DNA from: an uncultured Bacillota bacterium
GTDB taxonomy: Bacteria > Sysuimicrobiota > Sysuimicrobiia > Sysuimicrobiales > Segetimicrobiaceae
Direction of reading: 5' to 3'
Assembly: GCA_963804645.1 (NCBI GenBank)
Contig: CAWDRG010000009.1
Span: forward strand, 32,001-96,000
DNA length: 64,000 nucleotides
Shown: positions 19,319-28,508 of the stretch, in pieces
How the letters are laid out: every line of letters starts with the position of its first letter
Numbering within the stretch: the first letter of the stretch is position 1
Program-made: the position numbers and the translations under genes
The notes under the pieces: generated by a model
Database searches by the model: none
The model's input: only the letters and a program-made list of their open reading frames with translations
What the model was told of the DNA's origin: nothing

Positions 19319-20085
19319 GCGGCCTGCTGGAGGGCCGGACGGCGCTCGTCATGGGCGTCGCGAACCGCTGGAGCATCGCGTGGGCTGCGGCGCGGGCGTT
19401 TTCGCGCGAGGGCGCCCGCGTCGTCTTCACCGTGCAGACCGCGCGCCTCGAAAAGGACGTGCGCGAACTGGCCGGGGCGCTGCCGGGCTCGATCGTGCTG
19501 CCCTGCGACGTCGCGCAGGACGCGCAGCTCGACGCGCTCGCCGCCTCGATTCGCGAGCAGACCGGCGGGATCGATACCGTGCTCCACAGCATCGCGTTCG
19601 CCCAGCGGGAAGATCTCGGCGGGGCGTTCGTCGAGACCTCCCGATCCGGGTTCGCGCTCGCGCTCGACGTGAGCGCATTTTCGCTGGTCGCGGTCGCGCG
19701 CCACCTGCTGCCCGTCCTCAACCCGCAGGCGAGCCTGACGACGCTGACCTACATCGGCGCGACCCGCGTGATGCCGAACTACAACGTCATGGGCGTCGCG
19801 AAGGCCGCGCTCGAGTCGAGCGTCCGGTACCTCGCGAGCGACCTCGGACCGCGCGGCATCCGGGTGAACGCCATCTCCGCGGGGCCGATCAAAACGGCGT
19901 CGGCGCGGGCGGTGCAGGGGTTCAGCCGGATTCTCGAGGTCATGGAGCAGCGCGCGCCGCTCCGGCGCAACACGGACCCCGACGAGGTGGCCGACGCCGC
20001 GGTGTTCCTCGCGAGCCCGCTCGCGCGCGGGATCACCGGCGAGGTGCTGTTCGTCGACTGCGGGTTTCACGCGACCGGGCTCTAA
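19315..20085 (+). CDS. fabI: Enoyl-ACP reductase (NADH)
   Basis: GVANRWSIAW, HSIAFA, LTYIG, YNVMGVAKAALE, NAISAGPIKT. Confidence 0.93.
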   Translation: MSGLLEGRTALVMGVANRWSIAWAAARAFSREGARVVFTVQTARLEKDVRELAGALPGSIVLPCDVAQDAQLDALAASIREQTGGIDTVLHSIAFAQREDLGGAFVETSRSGFALALDVSAFSLVAVARHLLPVLNPQASLTTLTYIGATRVMPNYNVMGVAKAALESSVRYLASDLGPRGIRVNAISAGPIKTASARAVQGFSRILEVMEQRAPLRRNTDPDEVADAAVFLASPLARGITGEVLFVDCGFHATGL

Positions 20086-20094
20086 CGCCCGGGG

Positions 20095-20778
20095 TCACTC
20101 CGCCGCGTCGGGCATCGGGTACGACGCGCACCCGCGGGCGACCGGGCACCCCCGGCACCGCGGCCGGCGCGCCGTGCAGACCGTGGCGCCGAGGTCCATA
20201 AGCCCCTGGTTGAAGTCGTACGCGCGCCCCGGCGGCAGAACGTCTTCGGACAGCGCCCACAAGGCGCGCTCCGACGGCCGCGCGCGCTCGCCCGCGAACA
20301 CACGCCGTAGCACGCGGCGGACGTTGGTATCGAGGATCGGCGCGTCTTCCCCGAACGCGAAGCTCAACAGCGCCCCCGCGGTATACCGGCCGATCCCCTT
20401 GAACGCGAGGAGCTGCTCCCGTGTCCGCGGCAGGCGTCCGCCGTGCCGGCGCACCGCCGCGCGCGCGATCTCCCGCAGCCGCAGCGGACGCACGTTGTAC
20501 CCGAGCGGGTACCACGCCTCGCGCACCTCGCGCACGCCCGCCTCCGCCAGCGACTCGATCGACGGGTAGCGCCGCAGCCACTCCCGGTACTTCGGGATCA
20601 CCCGGGGCACCTGCGTCTGCTGGAGCATGATCTCCGACACCAGGATGTGATACGGATTGCGGGTGCGCCGCCACGGGAGCGCCCGCCCCTCCCGGCGGTA
20701 CCAGGCGAGCAGGCGGCGCTGGAACGCCCGCCGAGCGGCGGGCGCGACCGCGATCCGGTCCTTGGGGCGCGCCGTCAC
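20095..20778 (-). CDS. mutY: A/G-specific adenine glycosylase, catalytic domain only (about 227 aa)
   Basis: LPWRRTRNPY, VSEIMLQQTQV, GIGRYTA, LDTNVRRV, FNQGLMDLGATVC..PRC..CP...C. Confidence 0.8.
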   Translation of the reverse strand: MTARPKDRIAVAPAARRAFQRRLLAWYRREGRALPWRRTRNPYHILVSEIMLQQTQVPRVIPKYREWLRRYPSIESLAEAGVREVREAWYPLGYNVRPLRLREIARAAVRRHGGRLPRTREQLLAFKGIGRYTAGALLSFAFGEDAPILDTNVRRVLRRVFAGERARPSERALWALSEDVLPPGRAYDFNQGLMDLGATVCTARRPRCRGCPVARGCASYPMPDAAE

Positions 20779-21938
20779 CGGGGCTCCCAGCGCGCGTACT
20801 CGACGACCGACCGTCCGCCGCCGGTGTGCGTCCACACGACCGCGGCGGCCGCCCCGTCGACGGCCACGCTCGGGTACGAGTTGCCGCCGTCCGTCGTGAG
20901 CCGCACCGCGGGCGCCCAGCCCCCGGCGTACCGCCTGAGGTAGATCTGGCCGTCGTCCGCGTCCCAGACCGCGTACAGGACCCCGGCCGCCGCGGCGGCG
21001 AGCGCGGGATGGCGCGCCGCCGGCGCGGGCGCCGAGAGCGCGACCGGCCCCTGCCACCCTCGACCCGACCGGCGCGCGTACACGATGTCGGAGTTGAGAT
21101 CGTCGTGGTGCTCCCACGCGAGCGACACGACGCCGGCCTGGTCGATCGCGATGTCGGGGTTGAACTCGTCGGACGAGGAGTGGGAGACGCTCTCGGGCGC
21201 GCCCCACGCCCCGTCGCGCTCGGCGTACCGGACCTGGTAGACGCGTCCGTCGAACTGGTACCACACCGCCGCCGTGCGCCCGGTCGGGCTCTCGGCGATC
21301 GCCGGGTTCACGGAGTCCGGCACCCCGGTCGAGATGAGGACCGGCTCAGACCACGACCGCCCGTCGAATCCGGTGTAGTAGATCTCATAGATCGACCCGT
21401 GCCGCGTATAGAGCAGCGTCCCGCCCTCGCGGATCCCGTACCACACGACCTGGGGGCGGCCGGACGGGTCGACGGCGAGCCCCGGGAATCCGGCGTAGCC
21501 CACCGCGGGTGAGATCCGCTGCTGCGGACCGGTCCAGGCGCCGGCCCAGACCCGGTAGTAGATCTTGCCGACGCCGTCGTCGTAGCGCGTCCACATGACG
21601 TGCAGCCGCCCCGCGCGGTCGAGCGCGACCGCTGGGAGGCGCGACGCCGCGGGGCCGTCGCTTGCCTGGGCCAGCCGCGTCCAGTGCGCCCCGCCGTCCT
21701 GCGACCTCGCCAAATACACTTGTGCGCCGCCCGCGCCGGCCCCCACGTAGGCGAGGATGAGCCCGGCGGCCGTGCGCAACAGCTTGACCTGGTTGTTTGA
21801 CGCGGTGGCGTCCTCGGTGGCGTCCGCCGCGGCGATGACGGGACCCCCCGGCGGCGCCGCGGCGGCGATCGGACCGATCGACGGCGCGGACACCATGACG
21901 ACGGCCGCCAGCACTGCGAGCGTTCGGAGGACGGGCAC
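20775..21938 (-). CDS. Exported BNR/sialidase-like beta-propeller protein
   Basis: Signal peptide; SQDGGAHW Asp-box; repeated blades of P-x-hydrophobic-A-x-D..G..VVW..IYY..W. Confidence 0.7.
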   Translation of the reverse strand: MPVLRTLAVLAAVVMVSAPSIGPIAAAAPPGGPVIAAADATEDATASNNQVKLLRTAAGLILAYVGAGAGGAQVYLARSQDGGAHWTRLAQASDGPAASRLPAVALDRAGRLHVMWTRYDDGVGKIYYRVWAGAWTGPQQRISPAVGYAGFPGLAVDPSGRPQVVWYGIREGGTLLYTRHGSIYEIYYTGFDGRSWSEPVLISTGVPDSVNPAIAESPTGRTAAVWYQFDGRVYQVRYAERDGAWGAPESVSHSSSDEFNPDIAIDQAGVVSLAWEHHDDLNSDIVYARRSGRGWQGPVALSAPAPAARHPALAAAAAGVLYAVWDADDGQIYLRRYAGGWAPAVRLTTDGGNSYPSVAVDGAAAAVVWTHTGGGRSVVEYARWEPR

Positions 21939-21939
21939 G

Positions 21940-22661
21940 CTACGAAGGATTGGCGGGGCTGAACGCGGCTCCCTGCCCCGTGAGGCCGCGGCCGATGCGC
22001 CGCGCCGTGTGACGCCGTTCGACGGAGTCGGCGCGGCCCTCGTACGGCGTCGGCATCCACGTATTGTTGATCAGCGTGAAATCGCCCGAGGTCAGCTCGA
22101 TCCTCGTCTCTCCGACGGTCTTGTACCCGGTCCCAGTTGCTTTGATGAAGAAAGATCGCGAATTGGCGCCGCACGGCATGCCCTGCTCCCCGCACACAAA
22201 CCAAATGGTATCCACATAGGGACGCCGGGCGGTGGCTGGAGCCACGACACCGATCCCATCTGTGCGATACGCGGCCCGCAGCGGGTCTACCCACGAGAAA
22301 CACACGGTCTCGATTCTCATGATGCGTCCCGGGAACCGCACCCGGCTCGGCGTCCCGATACACCGGTAATAGAAATGCAGGTCGTTGTGGGCGGTCGACC
22401 GGACGACCCGGTTTGGAGTTGACCCTCGCACAGCACCGTTGTGTTGGCCGCGTTCTTGACCTGGAACGGGATCACCGCGCCGTGGATGACCGGACCGGCG
22501 AGGTCCGGCTCCGTCGCCTCCGTGGTCGCCGGCAGCGCGATCGTTGCCCCGTTTGCGAGCACCGCAGAGACCGCGCCGGCCCGCGCGGCAAGCCGCCCGA
22601 CACCGAGCACGGCCGCCGCGAGAACAAGCGGCGCGCGCCAGTTCAACCGCCGATGTTTCAT
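21940..22661 (-). pseudogene. Exported hypothetical protein split by a frameshift near 22413
   Basis: MKHRRLNWRAPLVL signal peptide with GGAGG RBS; ...LCEGQLQ continues as NRVVRSTAHNDLHFYYR only if one A is added to the AAA run (TTT at 22412-22414 on plus). Confidence 0.55.
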
Positions 22662-22898
22662 CGGAATCCCTCCATCGCCCCAGGGCTCGGCCGCCGATCC
22701 CAAGGGTGCCGCGATGCTGTACCAGCTGGCGGCCCGAATCGACCCGTCGTGGAGCGACCTCGCGACCCAGCTCGGCCCGCCCAGCAACTGGCTCGCCCTG
22801 TGTCTTCCCCGTTAAACCGCACCAGCCGCGCGTCTGCCGAGCAGGGAGACCAAGCGCCGCGCCGGCGCGATCCCGGATACACCGCGGGCGAGACTTTC

Positions 22899-22918
22899 AC
22901 AGAATTCTGTTGTACGCT
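22899..22918 (+). promoter_or_regulatory. Perfect 12-bp palindrome next to a -10-like element upstream of ggt
   Basis: ACAGAATTCTGT (22899-22910) followed by TACGCT (22913-22918) in an AT-enriched patch. Confidence 0.45.
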
Positions 22919-23000
22919 AGTTCCGCCCACGCGCCACGCCCGCAGTGGCGCGCGTCGTGATCGGTTCGATTCAGCGATTTCGCGAGACAGGGGGACCGCA

Positions 23001-24623
23001 GTGACCGGCCAGGGACGCAGCATCACGTTTGCGCAGCGCGGCATGATCGCCACGGACCACACCCTCGCGTCGGCCGCGGGGCTGCAGGTACTCCAACGCG
23101 GCGGCAACGCCATCGATGCGGCGACCTGCGCCGCCGCGGTGCTCGGCGTCGTCCTCCCGATGATGGGAGGCCTCGGCGGCGACACGTTCATCGTGTACTA
23201 CGAGGCGGCGTCCGGACGTGTGGGCACGATCGTGGGCTCCGGGGCCGCGCCCCGCGCCGCCACGCTAGACTACTTCACCTCGCGGGGACACCACGTGATG
23301 CCGCCGCGCGGCATGCTGTCCCCGTCGGTGCCAGGGGCCGTGGACGCGATGGCCGTCTCGCTCGCGCGGTGGGGCAGCGGCCGGTTCACACTCGGGCAGC
23401 TCCTCGAGCCCGCCATCGAGTACGCCGAGAGGGGCTTTCCGGTCGCCGAAAACGAGGCCGGCTGGTTTGCCGCGGGTGCGGAGACGCTCTCCCGCTATCC
23501 GTCGTCGGCCCGCGTGTACCTCGCGAACAGCCGCGCGCCGCGCGCCGGCGAGATCCTGGTCCAGGCGGACCTCGGCCGCTCGCTGCGCACGATCGCCGAG
23601 CAGGGCGCGCGCGCCCTCTACGAAGGCGATCTCGCGGCCCGTCTCGCCGAATACGCGCGCGAGCACGGCGGTCTGCTCGACGCGCACGATCTGGCGGCCC
23701 ATACCACGGAGTTCGCGGAGCCCGCCTCGACGACGCACCGCGACTTCACGATCCACACGGCCCCACCGCCGTCCCAAGGCTTCGTGATGCTCGAGATGAT
23801 CAACATTCTCGCGCAGGACGACCTGGGCGCCCTCCCGTGGGGATCGCCGCAGGCGATCCATCTCGCCGTCGAGGCGAAGAAGCTCGCATTCGCGGACCGC
23901 CTCGCGTACGTCGGCGACCCGCGGTTCATCCAAAACCCCCTGCCCCGGCTCCTCAGCGCCGACTACGCGCGGCATCGGCGGCGCGCCCTCGATCCACTGC
24001 ACGCGCAGGACACGGTTGCCGCGGGCGCGATCCACGAGCAGGTCGGCGAGACCACGGCGTTCGTCGTCGCCGACGCCGCCGGCAACGTCTGCAGCTACAT
24101 CACCAGCCTCTCGAACGGGTTCGGGTGCGGCGAGGTCGCCGACGGCACCGGCATCCTGCTGAACAACCGCGCGGGCCGGGGCTTCTCCCTCGTCCCGGGC
24201 CACCCGAACGCCATTGCCCCCGGCAAGCGCACGATGCACACGCTGATGGCCTTTCTCGCGACGCGGCAGGGCCGCCCCTTCCTCGCGTGGGCGACCCGGG
24301 GGGGCGACGGGCAGGCGCAGTGGGACTTCCAGGTGTGGAGCGACGTCGTCCACCACGGCATGAACATCCAGGAGGCCGTGGAGCGCCCCCGCTGGCTGAG
24401 CTTTCCCGCGAGCGACCCCTCCACGATCGAGGCACCGTACGAGCTGCGCATGGAGGCGGGATTTGCGCCGGAGACGTACGAGGGCCTCAGGCGGCTGGGC
24501 CACCGCGTCGTCGCGCCCCGCCCGAGCGACGGCGGCGTGCAGGTGATCATGCGAGATCGCGAGGAACGCGTGTACGGCGGCGCATCGGACCCGCGCGCCG
24601 ACGGCTGTGCGATCGGGTTCTGA
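23001..24623 (+). CDS. Gamma-glutamyltransferase family Ntn-hydrolase (YwrD/HpxW-like subtype)
   Basis: GGNAIDAA, GLGGD, SVPG, ETTAF nucleophile Thr, LLNNR, PGKRTMHTL, GGDGQ, SDPRADG. Confidence 0.88.
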   Translation: MTGQGRSITFAQRGMIATDHTLASAAGLQVLQRGGNAIDAATCAAAVLGVVLPMMGGLGGDTFIVYYEAASGRVGTIVGSGAAPRAATLDYFTSRGHHVMPPRGMLSPSVPGAVDAMAVSLARWGSGRFTLGQLLEPAIEYAERGFPVAENEAGWFAAGAETLSRYPSSARVYLANSRAPRAGEILVQADLGRSLRTIAEQGARALYEGDLAARLAEYAREHGGLLDAHDLAAHTTEFAEPASTTHRDFTIHTAPPPSQGFVMLEMINILAQDDLGALPWGSPQAIHLAVEAKKLAFADRLAYVGDPRFIQNPLPRLLSADYARHRRRALDPLHAQDTVAAGAIHEQVGETTAFVVADAAGNVCSYITSLSNGFGCGEVADGTGILLNNRAGRGFSLVPGHPNAIAPGKRTMHTLMAFLATRQGRPFLAWATRGGDGQAQWDFQVWSDVVHHGMNIQEAVERPRWLSFPASDPSTIEAPYELRMEAGFAPETYEGLRRLGHRVVAPRPSDGGVQVIMRDREERVYGGASDPRADGCAIGF

Positions 24624-24663
24624 CAGGACGGAGACTGGACTTAACCCACCGGTGGAGGCGCGC

Positions 24664-25275
24664 ATGCACGAGATCCGGCACGAACGCACCCTGATCCTGA
24701 TTAAACCCGACGGCGTCCAGCGGGCGCTCGTCGGCGAAATCCTGGCCCGCCTGGAGCGGGTTGGCCTCAAGCTCGTCGGCCTCAAGCTCGTGCGCGCCAA
24801 CCGTGCGGTCCTGGAGCGGCACTACGCGGACGACGAGGCGTGGATCCGCACGATCGGCGACAAGACCCGAGAGGCGTTCGAGAGCTACAAGATGGATGTC
24901 ACGCAGATGATGGGGACCGACGACCCACTCAAGATCGGGCGCCAGGTACGCGAGTGGCTGATCGAGTTCATGCAGACCGCCCCGGTCGTGGCGGCGGTCT
25001 TCGAAGGGGTCCACGCCGTCACCGTCACGCGCAAGATCGTCGGGAGCACGCTGCCGGTGTTCGCGGCGCCGGGAACGATTCGCGGAGATTTCTCCGCGGA
25101 CGCGCCGACGGTCGCCAACGCGGCGCGCCGGCCGGTTCGAAACTTGATCCACGCGTCGGGCACCGTCGAGGAAGCGGCCCACGAGATCGGCCTCTGGTTC
25201 ACCCCGGACGAGCTCCACCCCCACCGGCGCGCGGACGAAGGGGCGATGTTCGGAGACGCACCCGCGCACGCGTAG
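24664..25275 (+). CDS. ndk: Nucleoside diphosphate kinase (long-insertion type)
   Basis: ERTLILIKPDGVQR, APGTIRGDF, RNLIHASG (phospho-His). Confidence 0.92.
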   Translation: MHEIRHERTLILIKPDGVQRALVGEILARLERVGLKLVGLKLVRANRAVLERHYADDEAWIRTIGDKTREAFESYKMDVTQMMGTDDPLKIGRQVREWLIEFMQTAPVVAAVFEGVHAVTVTRKIVGSTLPVFAAPGTIRGDFSADAPTVANAARRPVRNLIHASGTVEEAAHEIGLWFTPDELHPHRRADEGAMFGDAPAHA

Positions 25276-25386
25276 GACCGGACTCGAGCCCGGGTCGGCA
25301 TCGTCCTCGTCGGGGCGGCCCTGTACCTGAGCGCGCCTCGCGGGATGGAGTCGTTCGGCTTCGATCCACCACCGCCGGGCCGCCGA

Positions 25387-26160
25387 TTATTCTTTACGCG
25401 CCTCGAACGCGCAGTGTAGCGGGATCTGCGCGATCCACGGGGCCTGGGCGGACCCCGCGGCAAATTCCTCGGTCGGTTCGGGCTCCTCGATCGCCGTCAC
25501 GACGAACCCCGCCGCGCCAAGCGTGCGCACGTACCAGGAGAGAGGCCGGTGGTAGATCGCCGTGTGCAGGATTTGCCCGGACGGACCGCGCCACGGACAC
25601 ACCCGTGCGGCGATTTCCCGATACCGGCTGACCTTGCGCCACACGGTGGTCGCGAAGTCCACCGTCTCCACCACCCACGCCGAGGCGTTGGGCACGTCGA
25701 AACACGGATGGGGAATCGTCGCGACGAACCGGCCGCCGGTCCGCAGCACCCGGCCGGCCTCCCGGATCGCGCCGGCCGCGTCTTCGATATCCATCAACGC
25801 CATGTTGCACACCACGACGTCAAACGAGCCGTCCCCGAGCACGTCCAGGCGCGACGCATCCGCCACGTGGTACGCGATTCCGAGCGGGGCGTCCGCCTCG
25901 CGGCGCAGCGCCAGCGCGATAATCGGGGCGGACGCATCCACGGCCGTCACGCGGGCTCCCATTCGCGCGAACCGGCGCGCGAGATACCCGTTGCCGCAGG
26001 CCACGTCCAGCACGCGCAGCCCGGTCACGGAGCCGACCAGGCGGAGCAGCGGCGGGTCGATCAGCGATCGATGCCAGAGATCACCCTCGTCGCCCTGCTT
26101 CTCGTCGTACCAGCCCGCGATGTCTTCCCACCCCGTCGTGGTCACGGCGGCCGCCTCCAT
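25387..26160 (-). CDS. Class I SAM-dependent methyltransferase
   Basis: RVLDVACGNG motif I, VTAVDAS, FDVVVCNMALMDI, RVLRTGG. Confidence 0.88.
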   Translation of the reverse strand: MEAAAVTTTGWEDIAGWYDEKQGDEGDLWHRSLIDPPLLRLVGSVTGLRVLDVACGNGYLARRFARMGARVTAVDASAPIIALALRREADAPLGIAYHVADASRLDVLGDGSFDVVVCNMALMDIEDAAGAIREAGRVLRTGGRFVATIPHPCFDVPNASAWVVETVDFATTVWRKVSRYREIAARVCPWRGPSGQILHTAIYHRPLSWYVRTLGAAGFVVTAIEEPEPTEEFAAGSAQAPWIAQIPLHCAFEARKE

Positions 26161-26314
26161 CCCGTCAAGTGAACTCCGCGCCTATTTTTGCGCGGCGGCG
26201 CGCCGGTTCCTCGTGGCGCGGCCCCGGTTCGCCCGCCGGCTCCGGAGCGTCTCACGAGCGCGGCCCGACGCGCACGCTCAAGGGGCGGTACGACGGGCTG
26301 TCGAAGGACCTCCT

Positions 26315-27559
26315 GTGAATCGACGGGTCCTGGCCGCGCTCAGTTACGCTCATTTCGCCACCGATCTTCCGCAGGGCGCGGTTCCCGCGCTCCTCCCGGT
26401 GTTTCAAGCGCAGTACCATCTCTCGTACGTGCAGCTCGGGTTCATCGTGCTGCTCTCGAACATCAGCTCGTCCGTCATTCAACCGGCGTTCGGCGTCATC
26501 AGCGACCGCGTCAGCATCGCGTGGATGATGCCGGTCGGCACTCTCGTCGCCGGCATCGGGATGCTGATGACGGTGCTCACGCACTCCTATGCGGTGCTGA
26601 TCGCGATGATCTTCGTCGCGGGGGTCGGCGTCGCGGCGTTCCACCCGGAGGGATACAAACTCGCCGGGCTCGCGAGCCAGCAGCGGCGGGCGACCGGCAT
26701 GTCCTATTTCTCGGTCGGGGGAAACGTCGGCATCGGCCTGGGCCCGGCCGCGGTGAGCATCGCCGTGGCGACCTATGGCGCGTTAGGATTTTCCTATATC
26801 ATCCCGATCTCTGTCGCGGCGGCGGTCGTGCTCTGGTTCATGGTCCTCCCATGGGCGGCGGCGCAGCCCCGCGTCCAGTTCCGCGCGCCGGCGGCGGCCG
26901 GGGGCCGCGTCGCCGCATCCGCGTCGATCGCCACCGGCGCCGTCGCGGCCCTCGTGCTGCTCGTCGGGTACGTGGTCCTGCGCTCGTGGGTCTCGACCGG
27001 CACGTCCAATTTCATCCCGCTGTATTTCACGGGCGTCCGGCACCTCACTCCGACGTACGGCGGCATCGTCGCCAGTGTCTTCCTCGGAGCCGGGGCCATC
27101 GGCACGCTGCTCGGCGGCATCGCCGCCGATCGGTGGGGACACCGGGCCATGCTCATCGCGTCGATGGCGATCCTGCCCCCGTTTTTGTGGTTGATCCCGC
27201 ACGGGACCGGGGTGTGGCCGATCGTCGGCTCGGTGATCGGGGGCATGGCGGCGGTCAGCAGCTTTGCCGTGGCCATGGTGATGGCCCAGTCGCTGATCCC
27301 CCACCGGATCGGCCTGACGTCGGGGCTCGTCATCGGGTTCGCGGTCGGCACCGGCGGCATCGGCGCCACCGCCCTCGGCGCGGTCGCGGACCGCTGGGGC
27401 GTGGTCTCGGCGATGAACGTGACCGCGCTGCTGCCGCTGGCCGCCCTGGCGGTCGCGCTCTTCCTCCCCAAAGATTCGGCGTCGCTTCGGAACCCGGACC
27501 GCGGCGCAGCACGTACCTCTAGCAGCGGCGGGGAATCGCAAGCGGGAGGCGATGCATGA
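26315..27559 (+). CDS. MFS transporter (Fsr/fosmidomycin-resistance-like)
   Basis: HFATD, QPAFGVISDR, AAFHPEG, FSVGGNVG, ADRWG; 12 TM pattern. Confidence 0.85.
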   Translation: MNRRVLAALSYAHFATDLPQGAVPALLPVFQAQYHLSYVQLGFIVLLSNISSSVIQPAFGVISDRVSIAWMMPVGTLVAGIGMLMTVLTHSYAVLIAMIFVAGVGVAAFHPEGYKLAGLASQQRRATGMSYFSVGGNVGIGLGPAAVSIAVATYGALGFSYIIPISVAAAVVLWFMVLPWAAAQPRVQFRAPAAAGGRVAASASIATGAVAALVLLVGYVVLRSWVSTGTSNFIPLYFTGVRHLTPTYGGIVASVFLGAGAIGTLLGGIAADRWGHRAMLIASMAILPPFLWLIPHGTGVWPIVGSVIGGMAAVSSFAVAMVMAQSLIPHRIGLTSGLVIGFAVGTGGIGATALGAVADRWGVVSAMNVTALLPLAALAVALFLPKDSASLRNPDRGAARTSSSGGESQAGGDA

Positions 27560-28470
27560 CGATCAACCCATTCGACGGCACGCCGAGGCGGCTCGGCCGG
27601 CGGGCGATGCTGCGCCAATGGTGCGCGCTCGCCGCGGCCGCATCCCCCCTCACCGCGGGGATACTCGCCAAGGCCGCCTGGGGCGCCCCGGCCCCCGCCC
27701 CGCCCCCCGGCCCGCCCGGCTCGCCGCCCGACAAGACCACGCCGGGCGGCGTGACGGTCCCACCGACCGATCCCGCGATCTCGGCGCAGGCGGTGCAGTA
27801 CCCCGGCGGGGTCATCGCCACCGAGCTCGGCTACCTGTCGGCGCCCTCGGGCGGGCAGGTCTATCCCGGCATCATCGTGATCCATGACGCGATCGGCCTG
27901 ACGGAGCACAACCGCGACATCACCCGGCGGTTGGCCCGCAACGGATACGTCGCCCTCGCGCCGGATCTGCTGTCGGGGGTCGGCGGCACCGGGAAGTTCA
28001 GCACCCCGGCCGACGCCCTGACCGCGATGCAGACTGTCTCCCAATTCGACTTGATGAGCCAACTCAACGTCTCGGTCCGGTATCTCGAGGCGCAGCCGCT
28101 CGTCCAGAAGACGCGAATCGGGGTCCTCGGGTTCGGCCTGGGCGGCAACCTCGCCTGGGAGCTCCTCGGCAGCAACGCGGACATCAAGGTCGCGGTCATC
28201 TTCGACGCGGAGGCCCCCGACCCAGGGGTCGCCACGCAGATCTCCACACCGATCCTGGTGATCGACGGCGAAACGGATACCGGGAATACCGACGGCCTCA
28301 AGCAGCTGGACGACGCGATGAAGGCGGCCGGCAACCCCTGGCAGTCGAAGATCGAGCCGAAGGCCGGCCGCGCGTTCTTTGACGACTCCCGCACGCCCTA
28401 CGTCGCCGACGCGGCCAAGGACGCGTGGAAGCTGACGGTGGCGTGGTTCGACAAGTACCTGCGCGGCTGA
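27556..28470 (+). CDS. Dienelactone hydrolase-fold protein, Tat-exported, catalytic Cys and His absent
   Basis: GRRAML Tat-like signal; IIVIHDAIGL, RRLARNGYVALAPDL, GFGLGG (canonical GFCxGG), AGRAFF (canonical xGHxF), AAKDAW. Confidence 0.8.
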   Translation: MTINPFDGTPRRLGRRAMLRQWCALAAAASPLTAGILAKAAWGAPAPAPPPGPPGSPPDKTTPGGVTVPPTDPAISAQAVQYPGGVIATELGYLSAPSGGQVYPGIIVIHDAIGLTEHNRDITRRLARNGYVALAPDLLSGVGGTGKFSTPADALTAMQTVSQFDLMSQLNVSVRYLEAQPLVQKTRIGVLGFGLGGNLAWELLGSNADIKVAVIFDAEAPDPGVATQISTPILVIDGETDTGNTDGLKQLDDAMKAAGNPWQSKIEPKAGRAFFDDSRTPYVADAAKDAWKLTVAWFDKYLRG

Positions 28471-28508
28471 GACCGATCAGAGGACGGCACGCAGCACGGG
28501 GGGAAGCC

